Shown one piece after another: positions 1-12,812 of a DNA stretch of 64,000 bases. The stretch is from positions 64,957 through 128,956 of the forward strand of contig CALSCP010001613.1 of NCBI GenBank assembly GCA_943704425.1. Reading direction: 5' to 3'. Below the pieces are notes generated by a model. That model saw only the letters and a list, made by a program, of their open reading frames with translations, had not been told where the DNA came from and did no database searches. A program made the position numbers and the translations under genes. Each line of letters begins with the position of its first letter. The first letter of the stretch is position 1. Source of the stretch: Ministeria vibrans ATCC 50519 (taxonomy: Eukaryota; Protista; Filasterea).

Positions 1-240
1 ACGTTCATCCTCTCCTCCTTCGCTTCCCCCCTCCCCTCCCCCTCCCCCCCGTGTCCCTACCCATCTCTACATCTTCTTCCCAACGCCTCAAGACGCCCCT
101 GTCCCTCCCTTCCCTCTCTGTTCTTCGAAAACAAAACTCACTCGGATCTACCAACGACGGCTTTTTTTATTATTATAATTATATATGATCGCTTTGCTCA
201 ATTGTTCTACTGACTCTCACGCAACCATGTCCTTCTCTAG

Positions 241-3200
241 CTGCTCTACGGCAACCAGACCCGAGTGGACCCCGACACCAAGGCAGTCCATTGCGCTCAG
301 TGCTGGCAGAACCGGTAAGACAAACCCTCACGAACATGTTCGCTCAACGGTTCATGTTGAAATTCTTTTTTGGTGTTCACCACAGTTTCATCAAAGTCTG
401 CAAGAAGTGCGGCGAGAAGATGAAAGATGACGTCCCGGTCCAGCGCCAAGGCAACTTCTTCTACCACCTGGTAAGGGGATGGATTGCTGTTGGGTTTTAT
501 TTTTCATTATTGTGTGTGTGTGTGTGTGTGCCATTGTGCGCTGTCAGCATGCACTGACGATTATTTTATTAGACTTGCATTTCGATTGTACCCGAACCTT
601 CGAACAAACCCGCATCACCCGAACCCGAACCCGAACGCGAGTTGGAGCAGCCGCCTGTCGAGTCGGGAAACACCATTGGCAATTTGTTCAAGAAGAATCT
701 CGCTGAGGTCTTTCAGGAGCGGTACGTCTTACCCGTAAAATAATTCAACCGTGTGTAACACCTCATCCTTATAGACAACTGTCCTACTTTATTCACGACA
801 TTGAGCTCAACGATCTCGAGGTACGCGGGAAGAAAAATCACCTCCTACAACATCACATATAATTTTAATTTTCCACAGGCGGAACTGATTGTCAAAGGAG
901 AGGGACAACCCGGCTCGTACATTGTTTACTACGTGCAATCCGGCCGCGACCGTGATTTCATTCTCCTTGCAATGGATTCCGACGATCAGACGCGCGCTTT
1001 CCACATTCTTGACAACAACTTTCAGGTACTAAAAAAGTTGGCGTGTCCACCTCGTAAGTGAGACTGACCATAGTAATTTGTTCTGTAGTACAATCTTGAA
1101 GGACACGACGACACCACGTTTGACTCCATCAAAGAACTGGTTGAGCACTATTCATCCAATCCCATCTGTGGCTCTCTCGTTCTCAAGCATCCAATTGGAG
1201 TGCCAGAAGTAAAAAAAAAAAAAAAACATTTCACACACACACACTCTCACACACACACACATACATACATAAAACCGGTATTTTTCATGCATTGGTCACT
1301 CACATGTACACACATATTTAGCAATATCCTGAACCGGATCCGAGCCGTGACCCTAAAGACTCTGCGACCATAGAGTACAACCACACGCGAGCAGAGTTGG
1401 CGGTGCTCGAGCGAGTCTATGTGAACATTGGACGAGTGCAGTCGAAATACGGAACGGTGGTATGGCATTCAATTATTTTCAACTTTATTGTGTGAAAGAA
1501 GACTTATATTGGTACGTAGGACTCTGAGCGTGACTTTTTAATGGTGGTGGACATGGTTGAGGCTGAGCTGATGGAGCGCATTGAGTTGGCCAAGACTATG
1601 ATCTCCTCATCCTGTAACGTATTGAGCGTATGTGTCTGTCGAAACTGATTGGCCTGTCGATCTTTAGCTGCATTTGAAGCGGACAAGTTTGAAGACTCGA
1701 GATTGCTGGATATGGCAGTGGGGTCGTTTGAGGCGCAACAGAAGGTTGCTGAGGCTGAGTGTGGTTTGAAACGCTCTGAGAGTCAGTATTCTATGGTGGA
1801 CTTGGGTGGTACGATTTGGCGCACATACAAATGTACATTTGTTTCATGACTTTCCGCTTCTCTCTGTGTATTTTTGTATGTGTGTGTGCGTCTGCAGAAT
1901 TTGAAGTTGAGGAGATTCCCGATCAGAACTTATTGGTGGAAACGCTTCAACTGTTCTGGACTGAGCAAAAGTTCTCACTGGGCGAACGGGACAAGACAGT
2001 CCCTGAAGCCATCTTCAAGAAGATCACTCTTAATGCGCTCTCAATGCGGACTGAGGCCAGTATCACCGTAAGAATTGTTCTTTTTCGCTTTATCCTTTCT
2101 ATTTATTTCTTTGTTTCTCTATTTGTTCAATGGTGTGCTCTCTAGCACTTTGTTTCGATATTTGTGTTTTCTCTATCATTTTGTTTTGCTATTTGTTTTG
2201 CTGTTTCTTGATTTGTTTCTCTCTGTCATTTTGTTAATTGCTATTTTCTTCTCTTCATCATATGTCACTATTGCTTTTGTTCCTAGCTCTGTATCTGTTT
2301 GTATTTTTGTTCTTTAGTTACTTACGTACTGACGTTGTGTAGGATGCGTTCAATCATCGTCCGCAACTTGCCAAGATCGCCAAGGAGAAGGGTCTTGGCT
2401 TTGAAGAGTTTTATTCCTTCTTCAAGGAACTCTTCTACAAGCCATTTCCCCACATCATCAAACTCTTCCGCTCAGTTGTCAAGTCAGAGACTGGTACCCA
2501 AACACCACCTTAGTATCATCTCATTCTAATTTATGTCCGTACTACATGTTGTATCTAGTGGACTACATGACTATCATCCAGTTCCGCTCCTACGTCAGCA
2601 AGAATGCCGATCTGGCTTCCTCTCTCTCCGTCATCATTGCACGCCTCTACAAGATTGCCAACACAAATCCCCGCTCAAAGAGTGAAGATCCCGAACTCAC
2701 TGAAGCGCGCGAAATGTTTGGCCATCACTGCGGTAAGATCAACAAGAAGAGATAAGAGCGCTTCACTCACTGACCTGCTTTGCAGCTGTCACCGTTGATG
2801 GTTACCTGACTATTGTTGGCTTCGTCATGTTCATGCTGCGTGTGGGCACGCGCGCGTTTGATCGGCGTCACTTGTCCGTCTGCGAGGACATGTCACAGCC
2901 ACTCGCGCACTACTTTATCAACTCTGGCCACAATTCCTATCTCGAGGTAATCCACATATGTACCGAATACGACGTAATTACCACTCAATTCACACTTGTA
3001 CTTCTTTAGGGCGATCAACTGAAGAGCCAGAGTACCGCTGCGGCGTACCGCAAGGCACTCCTCGCTGGTGCTCGCTGTATCGAGCTGGACCTGTGGGACG
3101 GGCCCAACGGCGAACCTATCATTTACCACGGCCACACGCTCACCTCAAAGGTACGCTTTTGTTCTTTTTTTGAGCTGAAACTGATCTTTTCATATCTTTT

Positions 3201-5496
3201 TTTTGATTTTTATTTTTTTTTTGCAGGTCAAGGCGTCAGACGTTCTCACGGCCATTCGCCAAACGGCTTTTGAGTCTTCCCCGTATCCTGTCATTCTCTC
3301 CCTTGAAAATCATCTCTCCCCCAAATACCAAGTCACTCTCGTCAATCATTTCCGGTACACAACACACAACTCTGTGAGTGTCGTGCTCACACGTAATTTT
3401 TTCTTTTGTAGAACTATTTTCTCATCTGATATGGTTCCTAATCACACTCTAATGTTCTGGGAATCCAATCCAACGGTCCTTCCCTCTCCCGAAAAACTCA
3501 AAAAGAAAATCATCATCAAAAACAAAGTACGTTCATACAGCATTGTGTGTGATCTATAACGCCCCAGTTTTTTTTTGTTATTCAATCGCACTTGTTCTTA
3601 CCTGATTCGTTCTCACATCTCACCACTCACTCACCGGCTCTCTCACTGTCTCGATAGGCACACCCTCAGCGTGGCGGCTATACCAACGACCAACTCGAAG
3701 CGGCCAAGAAGAAGAAGAAGGAGATTGCGCAAGAGCTCAGTGACGTTGTCGTCTACTGCAAATCACAGCATTTCAAGTACGTTTTCTCTATTGCTTCTCT
3801 CTCACACTATCACTTTGTTTCTCTCCCCCTCCTTCCTTTCTTTCTCTCTCTCTCTCTCTCTATCGATTTGAATTTGATTTTCTTAACCTCACTTTCTCTC
3901 TCCTTTCTCCCCTATTACTTTGTTTCTCTTTCCTTGTTTCTTTCTGACTCAATTTCTTTCGACCTTTTTTTCCTTTGCACTTGACTGACCTTTTTCTCGA
4001 CGATAGGAACTTCCAACAAGCGACCAAATTCAAAGCGTACGAAATGGCCAGTTTTGCTGAGAAGAAGGTACACAAACAATCAACAGCTTATTATTTTCGC
4101 GCATTACTTTAATATTCGCATTCCATCATTGTCGAACCATATAGGCATTCAAGTATGCCAAAGTGGACCATTTCCACTTCATCCGACACACCAGTGAGTG
4201 TCTTGCTCGAGCGTATCCCGACGGTCTAAGGTAACATCTTCGAATTCAATGAATCTGTTGTACACGCCATCAACTGACTTGTGAAATTTCTCTACGTCTT
4301 GTGCAGATTTGATTCGTCGAACTATGACCCTCAGACCCTGTGGAACATTGGAATGCAGATGTGTGCGCTCAACTACCAAACTCCTGGTAAGTGTCAGAAT
4401 AATCTTGTGTCAAAAGTGACAACTCATTTTGTATGCTTTCTCCATCCATTCGTTCTCGTCCAGACCGATCCATGCAGCTCAACATGGCTCGCTTCAGCGA
4501 AAACGGTCGAGTTGGTTACGTCCTGAAGCCACAATGTCTGCGCACTCCCCGCGATATGACCGTAAGCGATTTCTTCACTTCACTCACTCTCTCACTCACT
4601 CAATCAATCTATCAATCAATCAATCGCTTACGTCTCCCTTTCTCAATTTTACAGGGCGTTCCTATGCGCACGATGCGTCTTGAGATTGAATTAGTGGGCG
4701 GCTTCCAGATGCCCCGTGCAAAGAGTGTCAAGAAACGCCGGATGCAAACTTACGTTGAAGTGGAGGTTCGAACGTACACCCACTTTTCATCATTCCATCT
4801 CTTCCATGATTGACTTCTGTCGCACTCACAATCTCAAGTTTGCTTCTCAATCAATCCTTTACAATCACTCACAATTCCTCTTGCTCTTTCTCTCTCTCTC
4901 TCTCTTTTCTTCTTTTTTGGTGGTATTAGGTTGTTGGTGCCAAAACTCTTATGGCTTCAAGCGCCATTCAGACGAGCAAAGAAATGGACAAACCCGAATG
5001 GAACGACAAGTTTACCTTTGAGGTGTCACTGCCCGAATTGGCCCTTTTGCGATTTGTAGTCATGGACAAGAATTTGGGTGCAAAGGACCCAATGGGCTAC
5101 TACTGTATTCCCCTCAACTGTCTCTTGCCAGGTAAAAAAATATATGATAGAGACTGGGTGTATTGTGTCTTGAGATGCCAAAACCCCGAAGGGGAGCGAT
5201 TGACTTAGAGAGATTGATTTGAGACAATAAGACTCAATATCTGTCCGTGAGACTGAGAGAGAGAAATAGAGTGAGAGAGAGAGAGAGAGAGATGGACTAT
5301 GACTGAGAAACAGCGAGTCTGAGACTCAAATTGACAGAAGTATCACACACTGACTCTCTTTGTCTCTCTTTGTCTCTCTTATATATATTGTTTGATAGGA
5401 TTCCGATCGATTCCCATCCAAAGACTCTCACCCTTTGGTGTCATTTCCGACACTCATGGTCTTCTCTTTCTTAACGTGACACAGACTGATATTTAA
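241..5496 (+). CDS. Phosphoinositide phospholipase C with N-terminal LIM-like and SH2-like domains; multi-exon, 5' end probably outside the window
   Basis: Spliced translation gives [21 protein letters not shown]...FFYHL/TC (LIM-like) and [30 protein letters not shown]...[15 protein letters not shown] (SH2-like). Then an EF-hand-like region, PLC X box [23 protein letters not shown]...[12 protein letters not shown]...[11 protein letters not shown] box [26 protein letters not shown] and C2 domain [25 protein letters not shown]. Stop TAA at 5494-5496. Confidence 0.9.
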
Positions 5497-5593
5497 AAAA
5501 TCATCATCAATTTTTCTTTCCTTTGAGTGTGTCTCTTTTCTCAATACAAATTTTGTTCTTTTTTATATACATTATCATGTTCAGGCCTGATGA

Positions 5594-5927
5594 TTAAAAC
5601 AGATTAAAATTGAATGTGATTAGTGAGTGGATTATCAGAATGCCCATAAGATCAGAACAGGCAGAGAGATACGGAATCTAATTGAGAAAGAGAGGAACGA
5701 TGTAGAATAAGTCGAAATGTGTTCTTTTACGAGAAATGTGAATGAGAGAGAGAACATTTCAGAAGGAAATATACAAGACACTAATGATCACTGGTTTGTT
5801 TCACACAGAGACAAACTGATTCTATAATTATTAGTAATATATTTCACACCCAGGATCCTATACTCTCAAAGAAAACACAGAGAGACACGCGCAAAGAGGC
5901 AAGGCAAACAAACAAAGGCACGCATAC

Positions 5928-5958
<31 letters not shown>

Positions 5959-7416
5959 CGCTGTTTACCACATGATCGTCTGGATTCAGATTGCGCCCCC
6001 ATGCCCTGCGCACCAGCGACTTGCCCACTGCCATCAGCAGAGCCACTTGCGCTGTGGTCAGCACCAAAAGCACACTCATGTTCACCCATGTCAAGCCACT
6101 CGCGTCCCATCCAAACACACTCGAGATCCACTGTGAATACCAAAATGAAAATGAGTGCAGCGATAACGATTGACTATGAGTAGATACCGTCAAAGGAAGA
6201 ATGAAGCATGTGTGGATGAGAGGAGTGATTGCAGTGAGAGTGAGTGAGGTTTGGAAGTGAAAGCGAGCACTGGCATGAGCACGACCCTGGTGCAGTGCAG
6301 TGCCAAACCGAGACGCATACACACCTTCAAAAGAATGGTTCGTAGAGTTAGGGTTGGGGTTAAAACTATGACTATCCTTCCTTACTTCCCATGTTTCCAC
6401 CAATGCCATTCAGCAGCGGCACCAGAGTGGGCAGTCCTCCGCCCACTGCATCAGCGTCTCCTTCGAGAAATATCCCTCCAGCAAGTGAGAGAACCAGTAC
6501 AAACAGAATGGGAGTCCACCCAGAACTACCAAAGAACAATCAGCACTGCACAAATACGAATTCATCTGCTTATCGCATTTTTGTTATACTTGAGAGCCTC
6601 TTCAGAAATGGGATGCTCCCGTGCAAAATCCATCGTCACAGGCAACAGAAGAAGGAGTCCAATGGCAGCCACAAGTGTTAAGTACGGAAGCCAGTAGGCA
6701 ACTTGGGCAGTCACCCCGAGAAGGAGAACTGTCAATGCATCGCCAAAGCCCGTCACGAGTGGCCCGGCAATGTTGTCGGGGTCGACGGAGCGCTGACGCG
6801 ACAGAATGATGATCATACTTGCGACAAGACCAAGAAGGAAGGCGGCGAGAAACGCTGTAATGACTGCCGTTGAAAACACAATGGCCGCGTCGCGCCAAAA
6901 CGACACTGTGTCACTGGTGGGCGCTACAAACCAAGACTGAATCCCCATGGCGGCTATGGATGCCAGAAGAGCCGCCACAAGCGCCTGAGACGTTGCAACA
7001 CCAATGTTGGAGCGCAGAACCTGATGGCGCAACACCGCACTCCCATGATCGTCAAGCTCGCCTTTGTTCGCCGACGTTGACAGACGAGACGCAAGTGTAT
7101 ACTCGAGGCAACACTTGACGCCAAGTAGAACGGGAATCATCAACACGAGTGCTTTGCATTCGACAAAAACAGTCGTCTGAAAAAGTGGCGAGATGCAAAG
7201 TCAGTTTTCGCATGTGCCACCCAATACGGCACATTGGAGGGCAGCAGGCCTCCGCAAAGGCAACCCCCCACTCACCGCCATGAAGTACGCCATGAGCAGG
7301 CCCGCAGCAACCAGTCCACACCCGCTCATCAGCGAAGCCCAAAACGTCTCCTTTGCAAGTCCAAAATTGACATATCCCGTCGTCACCATTGGCCGCGAGG
7401 GTCCGTCGTCGTCCAT
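5594..7416 (-). CDS. SLC41: SLC41/MgtE-type magnesium transporter (multi-exon)
   Basis: Motifs LLGVKCCLEYTLASRLSTSAN, VDPDNIAGPLVTGFGDALT and NPDDHV/IPYLSACSDLMG match the two MgtE integral-membrane repeats. ATG at 7416; last exon stop at 5594-5596. Confidence 0.85.
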
Positions 7417-7685
7417 TTTGTTGTGTTTTATGCCCGCTACTTGTTTCGCAGGTGACACTACTTGTCGTGGAAGAGAATCAAGAGGAATAAGTTTCGAACG
7501 GGAAAAAATTTTGACTAAAATTAATGAGTGCGCATTTTTATACGTCTAATAGTAAACCTAAACTTTTGTTTTTACTTTCTCTTTCTCTCTATCACTTTGT
7601 TGGAAATGTCTTCTTCTTCTTCTTCTTCTTCTTCACTTCATTTCTCTCTCTCTCTCTCTCTCTCTCAATTATTCATTCCAATACT

Positions 7686-10600
7686 CTATCTCTTTCGAGA
7701 CCTTTTGGAACGCTTGCTGCGTCCCTCATCAAGGTCCTCATCAAAATTCAGCATCGCTTCCATTGGTGGCGCAGTACGCTTTGGTGCCCGAGGCGGCTGC
7801 GTCGGAGCACGTGCTCGCACTGCCTGTTCGCGAACCGTGGTCCGCTCCCTCGTTGAATGTGCATGTGCTGATTGTGCATGACACGACACCTGTGCATTTG
7901 CCGGCACCAACCGCTCCCGAGTCGCCTTCTCCATCATCCTCTCTCTTCGTTGGTCCTCGCGGGCACACGGAACGCTAGCTTCAATGGAGCCGATGGTCTG
8001 GACCTTCTCTTTCACTTCCTTACGGTGGTGGGCGACCGTCACGTACCAGTGTCCCCTGCAAAACACCACCTTGTGTCCACGCGGCTCGCTCTGCAAGTCC
8101 GCTGGTGCAATTTGCGGGTCAGGGAGAATCCGCACAGCAGGGCCCCCCGCGCTGCTCATCATCAGGTCAAAAGGTTCCCCAAAGCGGTCCACCACGAGCG
8201 AGAGAATGAACAGACCCATCAGTGCAATGCTTTGTTTTCCCAACTTCACCAGGTCCGCATCCTTCCCACAAATCACATTGATCATCAACGCAGAGACGCT
8301 CTTGGACTGGAGGATTTCCTTGAGTTCGGCAGACTGTGACAAAAACGACAAAGAGCGCGAGTCAGTCAAGGCCGAGGTGGCCAGGAGCTGCACAAACAGG
8401 TCGGCAAAGCGCCTCTGAGCAAACTCTTCGTTCTCAAAGCGACCCCCCTTTCCCCACATGCTGCGAAAAGCGGGCATAAGGTGCACCAGTCCCACACACA
8501 GCTCAAGAAGTGATCGCATTGCAGCATTGTCGACGTGAAAGTTGACGTAAAAGTGCGTCAAGTAATTTGGAAGCGCTAGCTCGTCGTTGTCCACTCTCTC
8601 ACCTGCATCGTCGGCCTTCCCACTCCAACAGTTCACGAGGTTCTCCAGCATGAATATCCACAAGTTACTGTCACAAGACACATACTGGTCAACGGGGACT
8701 AAGCTTGGCATCCGTCGATCAAGAGGCGCTCGCATGAGACTGGACTCGCCCAGGAAAGCTTCGAGATTGACGTCGAGCTTGTCGTCTCTCCTCGGATCCT
8801 TCGCCGCGTTCCACATGAAGCGTAGCTGTGACCGATCGCTCATCTCCCTGAGCATGCCATCAACCTGATTACGACGCAACGCAATAAACTGCTTCTGGAG
8901 TTCGCCAGCATTTGCAGCCGCATTCTTGAGGGTGTCTTGAAGCGTGTTAAACGCCTGAATGAGGACACCCTTCTGAAACGCGGAGTTGGAGGATGACTGT
9001 GCAAGCGAGCTAAGAACACGCACTCGTTCGTTGCGCAAATGGTATGCCAGTGCACGTTTCGGGCGGTTGGGGTACGTCACCGCGTCCTGCAGCGCAATCT
9101 TTTGCTTCGCGTAAATCCGTACGATGCTGTCGCGCACAAGGTCAGGCAGTTGGTTGGCGACGGCATCGCGAAGAACGATGAGCGCCATCTCTTGTACATG
9201 CTCAGGCGTGAGGCTATTGGGTGGGTGCTGTTTCGCTTGCGCCAACAGCTGACGCCCGTGTGTGCGTACCGAACCACAACTCAGCGCACGTCCAATTGCT
9301 TCGTGCAGCAACTCCTTGATCTTCTTCGCCTTGAACACACTCGCTGCGTGCTGAGCCGAGAGATTCTCGCGCATCTTGGCAATAGCAGCCTTGCGACCAG
9401 AGTACACCGCTTCTTCAGAGTTGTGCGTGAACATGGATATCATCATGCGCGCCACATCGGCAGTCTCGTCATCTCCATACTCCATGGTATGTGCATTTGC
9501 CGCTACAATCTCTTTGACCAACCCCTTGTCCACAAACGCGACAATGGTCGTCAGCAGACCGCTTTCAAACTCGGAGAGGGCGCTCTGCAGCGCGCTGAGC
9601 TGCAAAAAGCACGGTGTGTTTGCGGGCAGCCGATCAATCTTAAAGAGCAGGTGACTCAGGTGAGACACCCCGTCGTAGCGGGTGTTGGCGTCGACAGAGA
9701 AGACCTCCGAAATCTTTTGGCGCGCATAGCTAGACAGCTGGACCAGGAGAGCAGGGGCATCGTCGTCGGTGATGCTCTGCAGTGTCTTCTCAGTCCAGTC
9801 GCCGCACGCTGTCTTAAAGTCTGCGAGCAAGCTCTCGAGCTGCGCGGTTTCCTTTTGGAGACGGTCGAGTGCCCATTGGTACATCAGCGCCCATTGGTCG
9901 GCGCAGCCGTCGCCGCCGTCGCTCTGCTGAGTGCTATCGTCGCCATTGGTGCTACTGCTGTTGCTATCACTGACGTGGCGTGTCGTAAGGCTGGAGCGGG
10001 ACGACTTTCGACTCTTGCGCGACGATAACAGTGACGCACTGCGTTGCTTCACCTCAGTGGCCACCTGAACTTTGTCTTTGCCGACCACACTCTCCACGCA
10101 CTTATCTGCGTTGCGCATGAGCTCGTCCAAGTGGTCTTGCTGGCCCTTGACAAAGTCGTTGACTCGCTTCATCAACTGCACCTCGCTCGACTGGGCCGAG
10201 AACAAATGGCCGAGGAGTTCGTACATCCCAGAGAAGCGCATTCGAGCCATGTAGTCTTGAGAATTTCGGCACAGGAAATACTCGTAGTTGGCAACACACG
10301 ACGAGAAAAACAGCGGAAAAATGTGGGAGTAGCGAATGCCCTTCTGAATGTACGACTGGTGCGAGGCGGTATGAGCATCGTCTTCACAACAGACGCTGTG
10401 CAGCGCCTCCGCAAGCGTTACCGTACAACTCTTCCTGAAGCCTTGCCTTTCTTTTTTGATGCATGCGTTGTTTCCATTGAAGGTTAGCGGCGAAGTACGC
10501 TCCTTGCTCAACACAATGGAGACGGCAGGGATTTTATGACCGGTGGGATTGTCGACAAGACGCTTCTGCAAGACGTGGTTGGTGAGTTTGTGCAGAACCT

Positions 10601-12812
10601 CTCTGGACGCCGAGAGAGTCTTGGAAAGGAAGACAATGATGTGGTCACTCTCGTCCAGCACTTGCGCGAGCATCGACACCTTCTGTGGATCTGTCTCGTC
10701 GCAGCCGGGCGCGTCGACAATTTCGGTGTTAAGCTGACGCAGGATGGTGGAGGGCACAAAGACGACGATGCGCCGGATGAGAAGCGAATCGGGGCTGGAC
10801 AGGAGCGTGTTCAAGGTGTCGCGGAGGTACACGCGGTCGTGCACAATGTCTTTGCCCGGCGTGAGTATCACACGAGGCCTGCCCAAAAGCGGACGCCATT
10901 TTTCGTCAATAAAGGCCTCGGGGTTGCAGAGAAACTCGTCTTTGAGAGGAATGTCAATAACGGGGGGCGGAGGATGGAAGGAGCTGCCGGGGACATCCAT
11001 TCCCGATGCGGAATCGCTGTCCAAATCGAGGTCCATCTCGTCGTCGAATTCCGGGAAGGCGTCAGAGAAGGAAGCAGACGCAGCGGCAGGGACGTTGGAC
11101 GTGGTGGTGGTGGTGGTGGTGGTGGTGGTGGACGCAGTGACATGTCTGGTCAAGTCCACAGGTGACGTGTCGGTACGGGTCGCTGTGTGAGAGGGCACCG
11201 GGATCGACGATGGTTCTGGGGGGTTCTTAATGCGACGCAACATTTTGATGAGAAGACAGGCGGACGCATATAACACCTCGTCCTTCTGGGCATTGTTGTC
11301 CTGTGCCAGCACCCAATCAGTCTCCTGAACACGAGTCTTGATCTCGTCGAGAGATACGGTCTCGATAAGGGCGTGGAAGAGAGAACTGTAGCGGAGTGCA
11401 GTGAGGCAGTTCGTAGTGGAGTTGGTGCTGTCCTTGCTCGGCAGAATGTACGCACCAGTGCCTAAGGCATTCCCCGCTGATTTTCGTGCGTCCGTTTCTC
11501 CTTGGGCATGGCCTTTAATGCCGTCGACAACACTCTGTTCGTACTCGAGCTTGCCGTAGAGAGGAGTATTGGGACGGAGAAGACCGTTTTGGGGGTCAAA
11601 GACCGAGGTCTCAGGCAACTCGCACGGGTCATGCTCGTCGTCGTTGTTGTGTCCGATCAGCTGGAGAGCTTCGAGACGACGGTTGTGCGTGTTTAGACTC
11701 GCGTACTCATAGGGAAGAAGCTCTGAAGAGCGCATCAGCTCGTTTGCAAAGAATGACTTTCCAACGCCATTGTTGGCAAGCAGCGCTGACTTGGTGAGTG
11801 CTGGCGACACAACAGCGTCGTCGTCGTCGTCGTCCGTTGTTCCAGACCCTGACTGTAGAATGTAGTCGAGTTGCTCAACGGCCGGTCGTACAAACGCGGC
11901 CAATGTTGGGTCCACGATGTTATCCTTGTCAACCAAGCCGGGCGCTATGAGGTTGCCAATGCTGCCGTTGCCGTCGTCGCTGTCGTCGTCATCGCTGCTG
12001 TCGACGACGACGACGATACTGTCGAGGTCGTTGATGTCGTCGCGGGCGTTGACACTGTCTTTGTCGCTGTTGCTCGTTTGCGTCTGTTGCTCATCGAGCA
12101 GAAAACTTTGCAATTCGTTGCGCAGATTGTGAGAGAAAGTAATGACGGCGGCGGAGGAGTCAGGACCCTGAACGTCGCGCAGATGCGCCGCCACCACACC
12201 CGACACGTCGTCGTCATCGTCGTCCTCCTCCTCGTCGTCGTCGTCCACCACCACCGCGCCTTCCGCCTCACCACCCTCACCCAGGTCGTCAGCGACATCG
12301 TCCGCTTCAAACATGAACTCTCGGTGCTTGGAGAACACAAAGGGCTCGATGCGCTCATTGACATACCCAAAGATCTTCCGAAAGTCAGCATACAAATCGC
12401 GTTTTGGCGCATGCGACTTGTACAGAGTCCCCTGGCCAAGACGCAGGTCCAACGCCGAGATCCGGTCGGGTCTTCGCTTGCCACACGCCTGGAGGTCGGC
12501 CACCTTGCATAAGCCTGGACCACACACTGAGTGATAGAGCTGCAAAAAAAAAATAAAAAAAAAATAATAATAAGTATAACATACTGACATTTTCCCTTTT
12601 CGCCTTTTTATCATCATATTGCTCACCCTGTAAAGGTCAAGGGGATGGGACTGCCCTCGCCGAGCAGTGAGCGACTTGATTTTGTCGCTGAACTGCGTGG
12701 CGTCGAGACATCGGAAGTGTTCTGCATAGTATGCGCGAAGCTCATCGTCAAAGTGTTGCCGTGACAACTGAAGAGCGCTGCGCGTTCCAACCGGCATACC
12801 CACACAAGTCAC
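7686..12812 (-). CDS. Large dynamin-like (Dynamin_N / NUGGC-like) P-loop GTPase, about 1700 aa
   Basis: Near-intronless ORF with G1 ANNGVGKSFFANEL, G2-like STT, G3 IVDAPG and a long helical C-terminal region. A probable short in-frame T-rich intron lies near 12541-12586. True start uncertain. Confidence 0.65.
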   Translation of the reverse strand: MTCVGMPVGTRSALQLSRQHFDDELRAYYAEHFRCLDATQFSDKIKSLTARRGQSHPLDLYRVSNMMIKRRKGKMSVCYTYYYFFFIFFLQLYHSVCGPGLCKVADLQACGKRRPDRISALDLRLGQGTLYKSHAPKRDLYADFRKIFGYVNERIEPFVFSKHREFMFEADDVADDLGEGGEAEGAVVVDDDDEEEDDDDDDVSGVVAAHLRDVQGPDSSAAVITFSHNLRNELQSFLLDEQQTQTSNSDKDSVNARDDINDLDSIVVVVDSSDDDDSDDGNGSIGNLIAPGLVDKDNIVDPTLAAFVRPAVEQLDYILQSGSGTTDDDDDDAVVSPALTKSALLANNGVGKSFFANELMRSSELLPYEYASLNTHNRRLEALQLIGHNNDDEHDPCELPETSVFDPQNGLLRPNTPLYGKLEYEQSVVDGIKGHAQGETDARKSAGNALGTGAYILPSKDSTNSTTNCLTALRYSSLFHALIETVSLDEIKTRVQETDWVLAQDNNAQKDEVLYASACLLIKMLRRIKNPPEPSSIPVPSHTATRTDTSPVDLTRHVTASTTTTTTTTTTSNVPAAASASFSDAFPEFDDEMDLDLDSDSASGMDVPGSSFHPPPPVIDIPLKDEFLCNPEAFIDEKWRPLLGRPRVILTPGKDIVHDRVYLRDTLNTLLSSPDSLLIRRIVVFVPSTILRQLNTEIVDAPGCDETDPQKVSMLAQVLDESDHIIVFLSKTLSASREVLHKLTNHVLQKRLVDNPTGHKIPAVSIVLSKERTSPLTFNGNNACIKKERQGFRKSCTVTLAEALHSVCCEDDAHTASHQSYIQKGIRYSHIFPLFFSSCVANYEYFLCRNSQDYMARMRFSGMYELLGHLFSAQSSEVQLMKRVNDFVKGQQDHLDELMRNADKCVESVVGKDKVQVATEVKQRSASLLSSRKSRKSSRSSLTTRHVSDSNSSSTNGDDSTQQSDGGDGCADQWALMYQWALDRLQKETAQLESLLADFKTACGDWTEKTLQSITDDDAPALLVQLSSYARQKISEVFSVDANTRYDGVSHLSHLLFKIDRLPANTPCFLQLSALQSALSEFESGLLTTIVAFVDKGLVKEIVAANAHTMEYGDDETADVARMMISMFTHNSEEAVYSGRKAAIAKMRENLSAQHAASVFKAKKIKELLHEAIGRALSCGSVRTHGRQLLAQAKQHPPNSLTPEHVQEMALIVLRDAVANQLPDLVRDSIVRIYAKQKIALQDAVTYPNRPKRALAYHLRNERVRVLSSLAQSSSNSAFQKGVLIQAFNTLQDTLKNAAANAGELQKQFIALRRNQVDGMLREMSDRSQLRFMWNAAKDPRRDDKLDVNLEAFLGESSLMRAPLDRRMPSLVPVDQYVSCDSNLWIFMLENLVNCWSGKADDAGERVDNDELALPNYLTHFYVNFHVDNAAMRSLLELCVGLVHLMPAFRSMWGKGGRFENEEFAQRRFADLFVQLLATSALTDSRSLSFLSQSAELKEILQSKSVSALMINVICGKDADLVKLGKQSIALMGLFILSLVVDRFGEPFDLMMSSAGGPAVRILPDPQIAPADLQSEPRGHKVVFCRGHWYVTVAHHRKEVKEKVQTIGSIEASVPCAREDQRRERMMEKATRERLVPANAQVSCHAQSAHAHSTRERTTVREQAVRARAPTQPPRAPKRTAPPMEAMLNFDEDLDEGRSKRSKRSRKR

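Noticed and set aside
7872-12512. Long plus-strand ORFs opposite the GTPase gene, and similar antisense ORFs at 25626-26786, 28942-30171, 51925-52716 and 58316-59089
   Set aside because: Antisense shadows of GC-rich coding sequence with no recognisable motifs.
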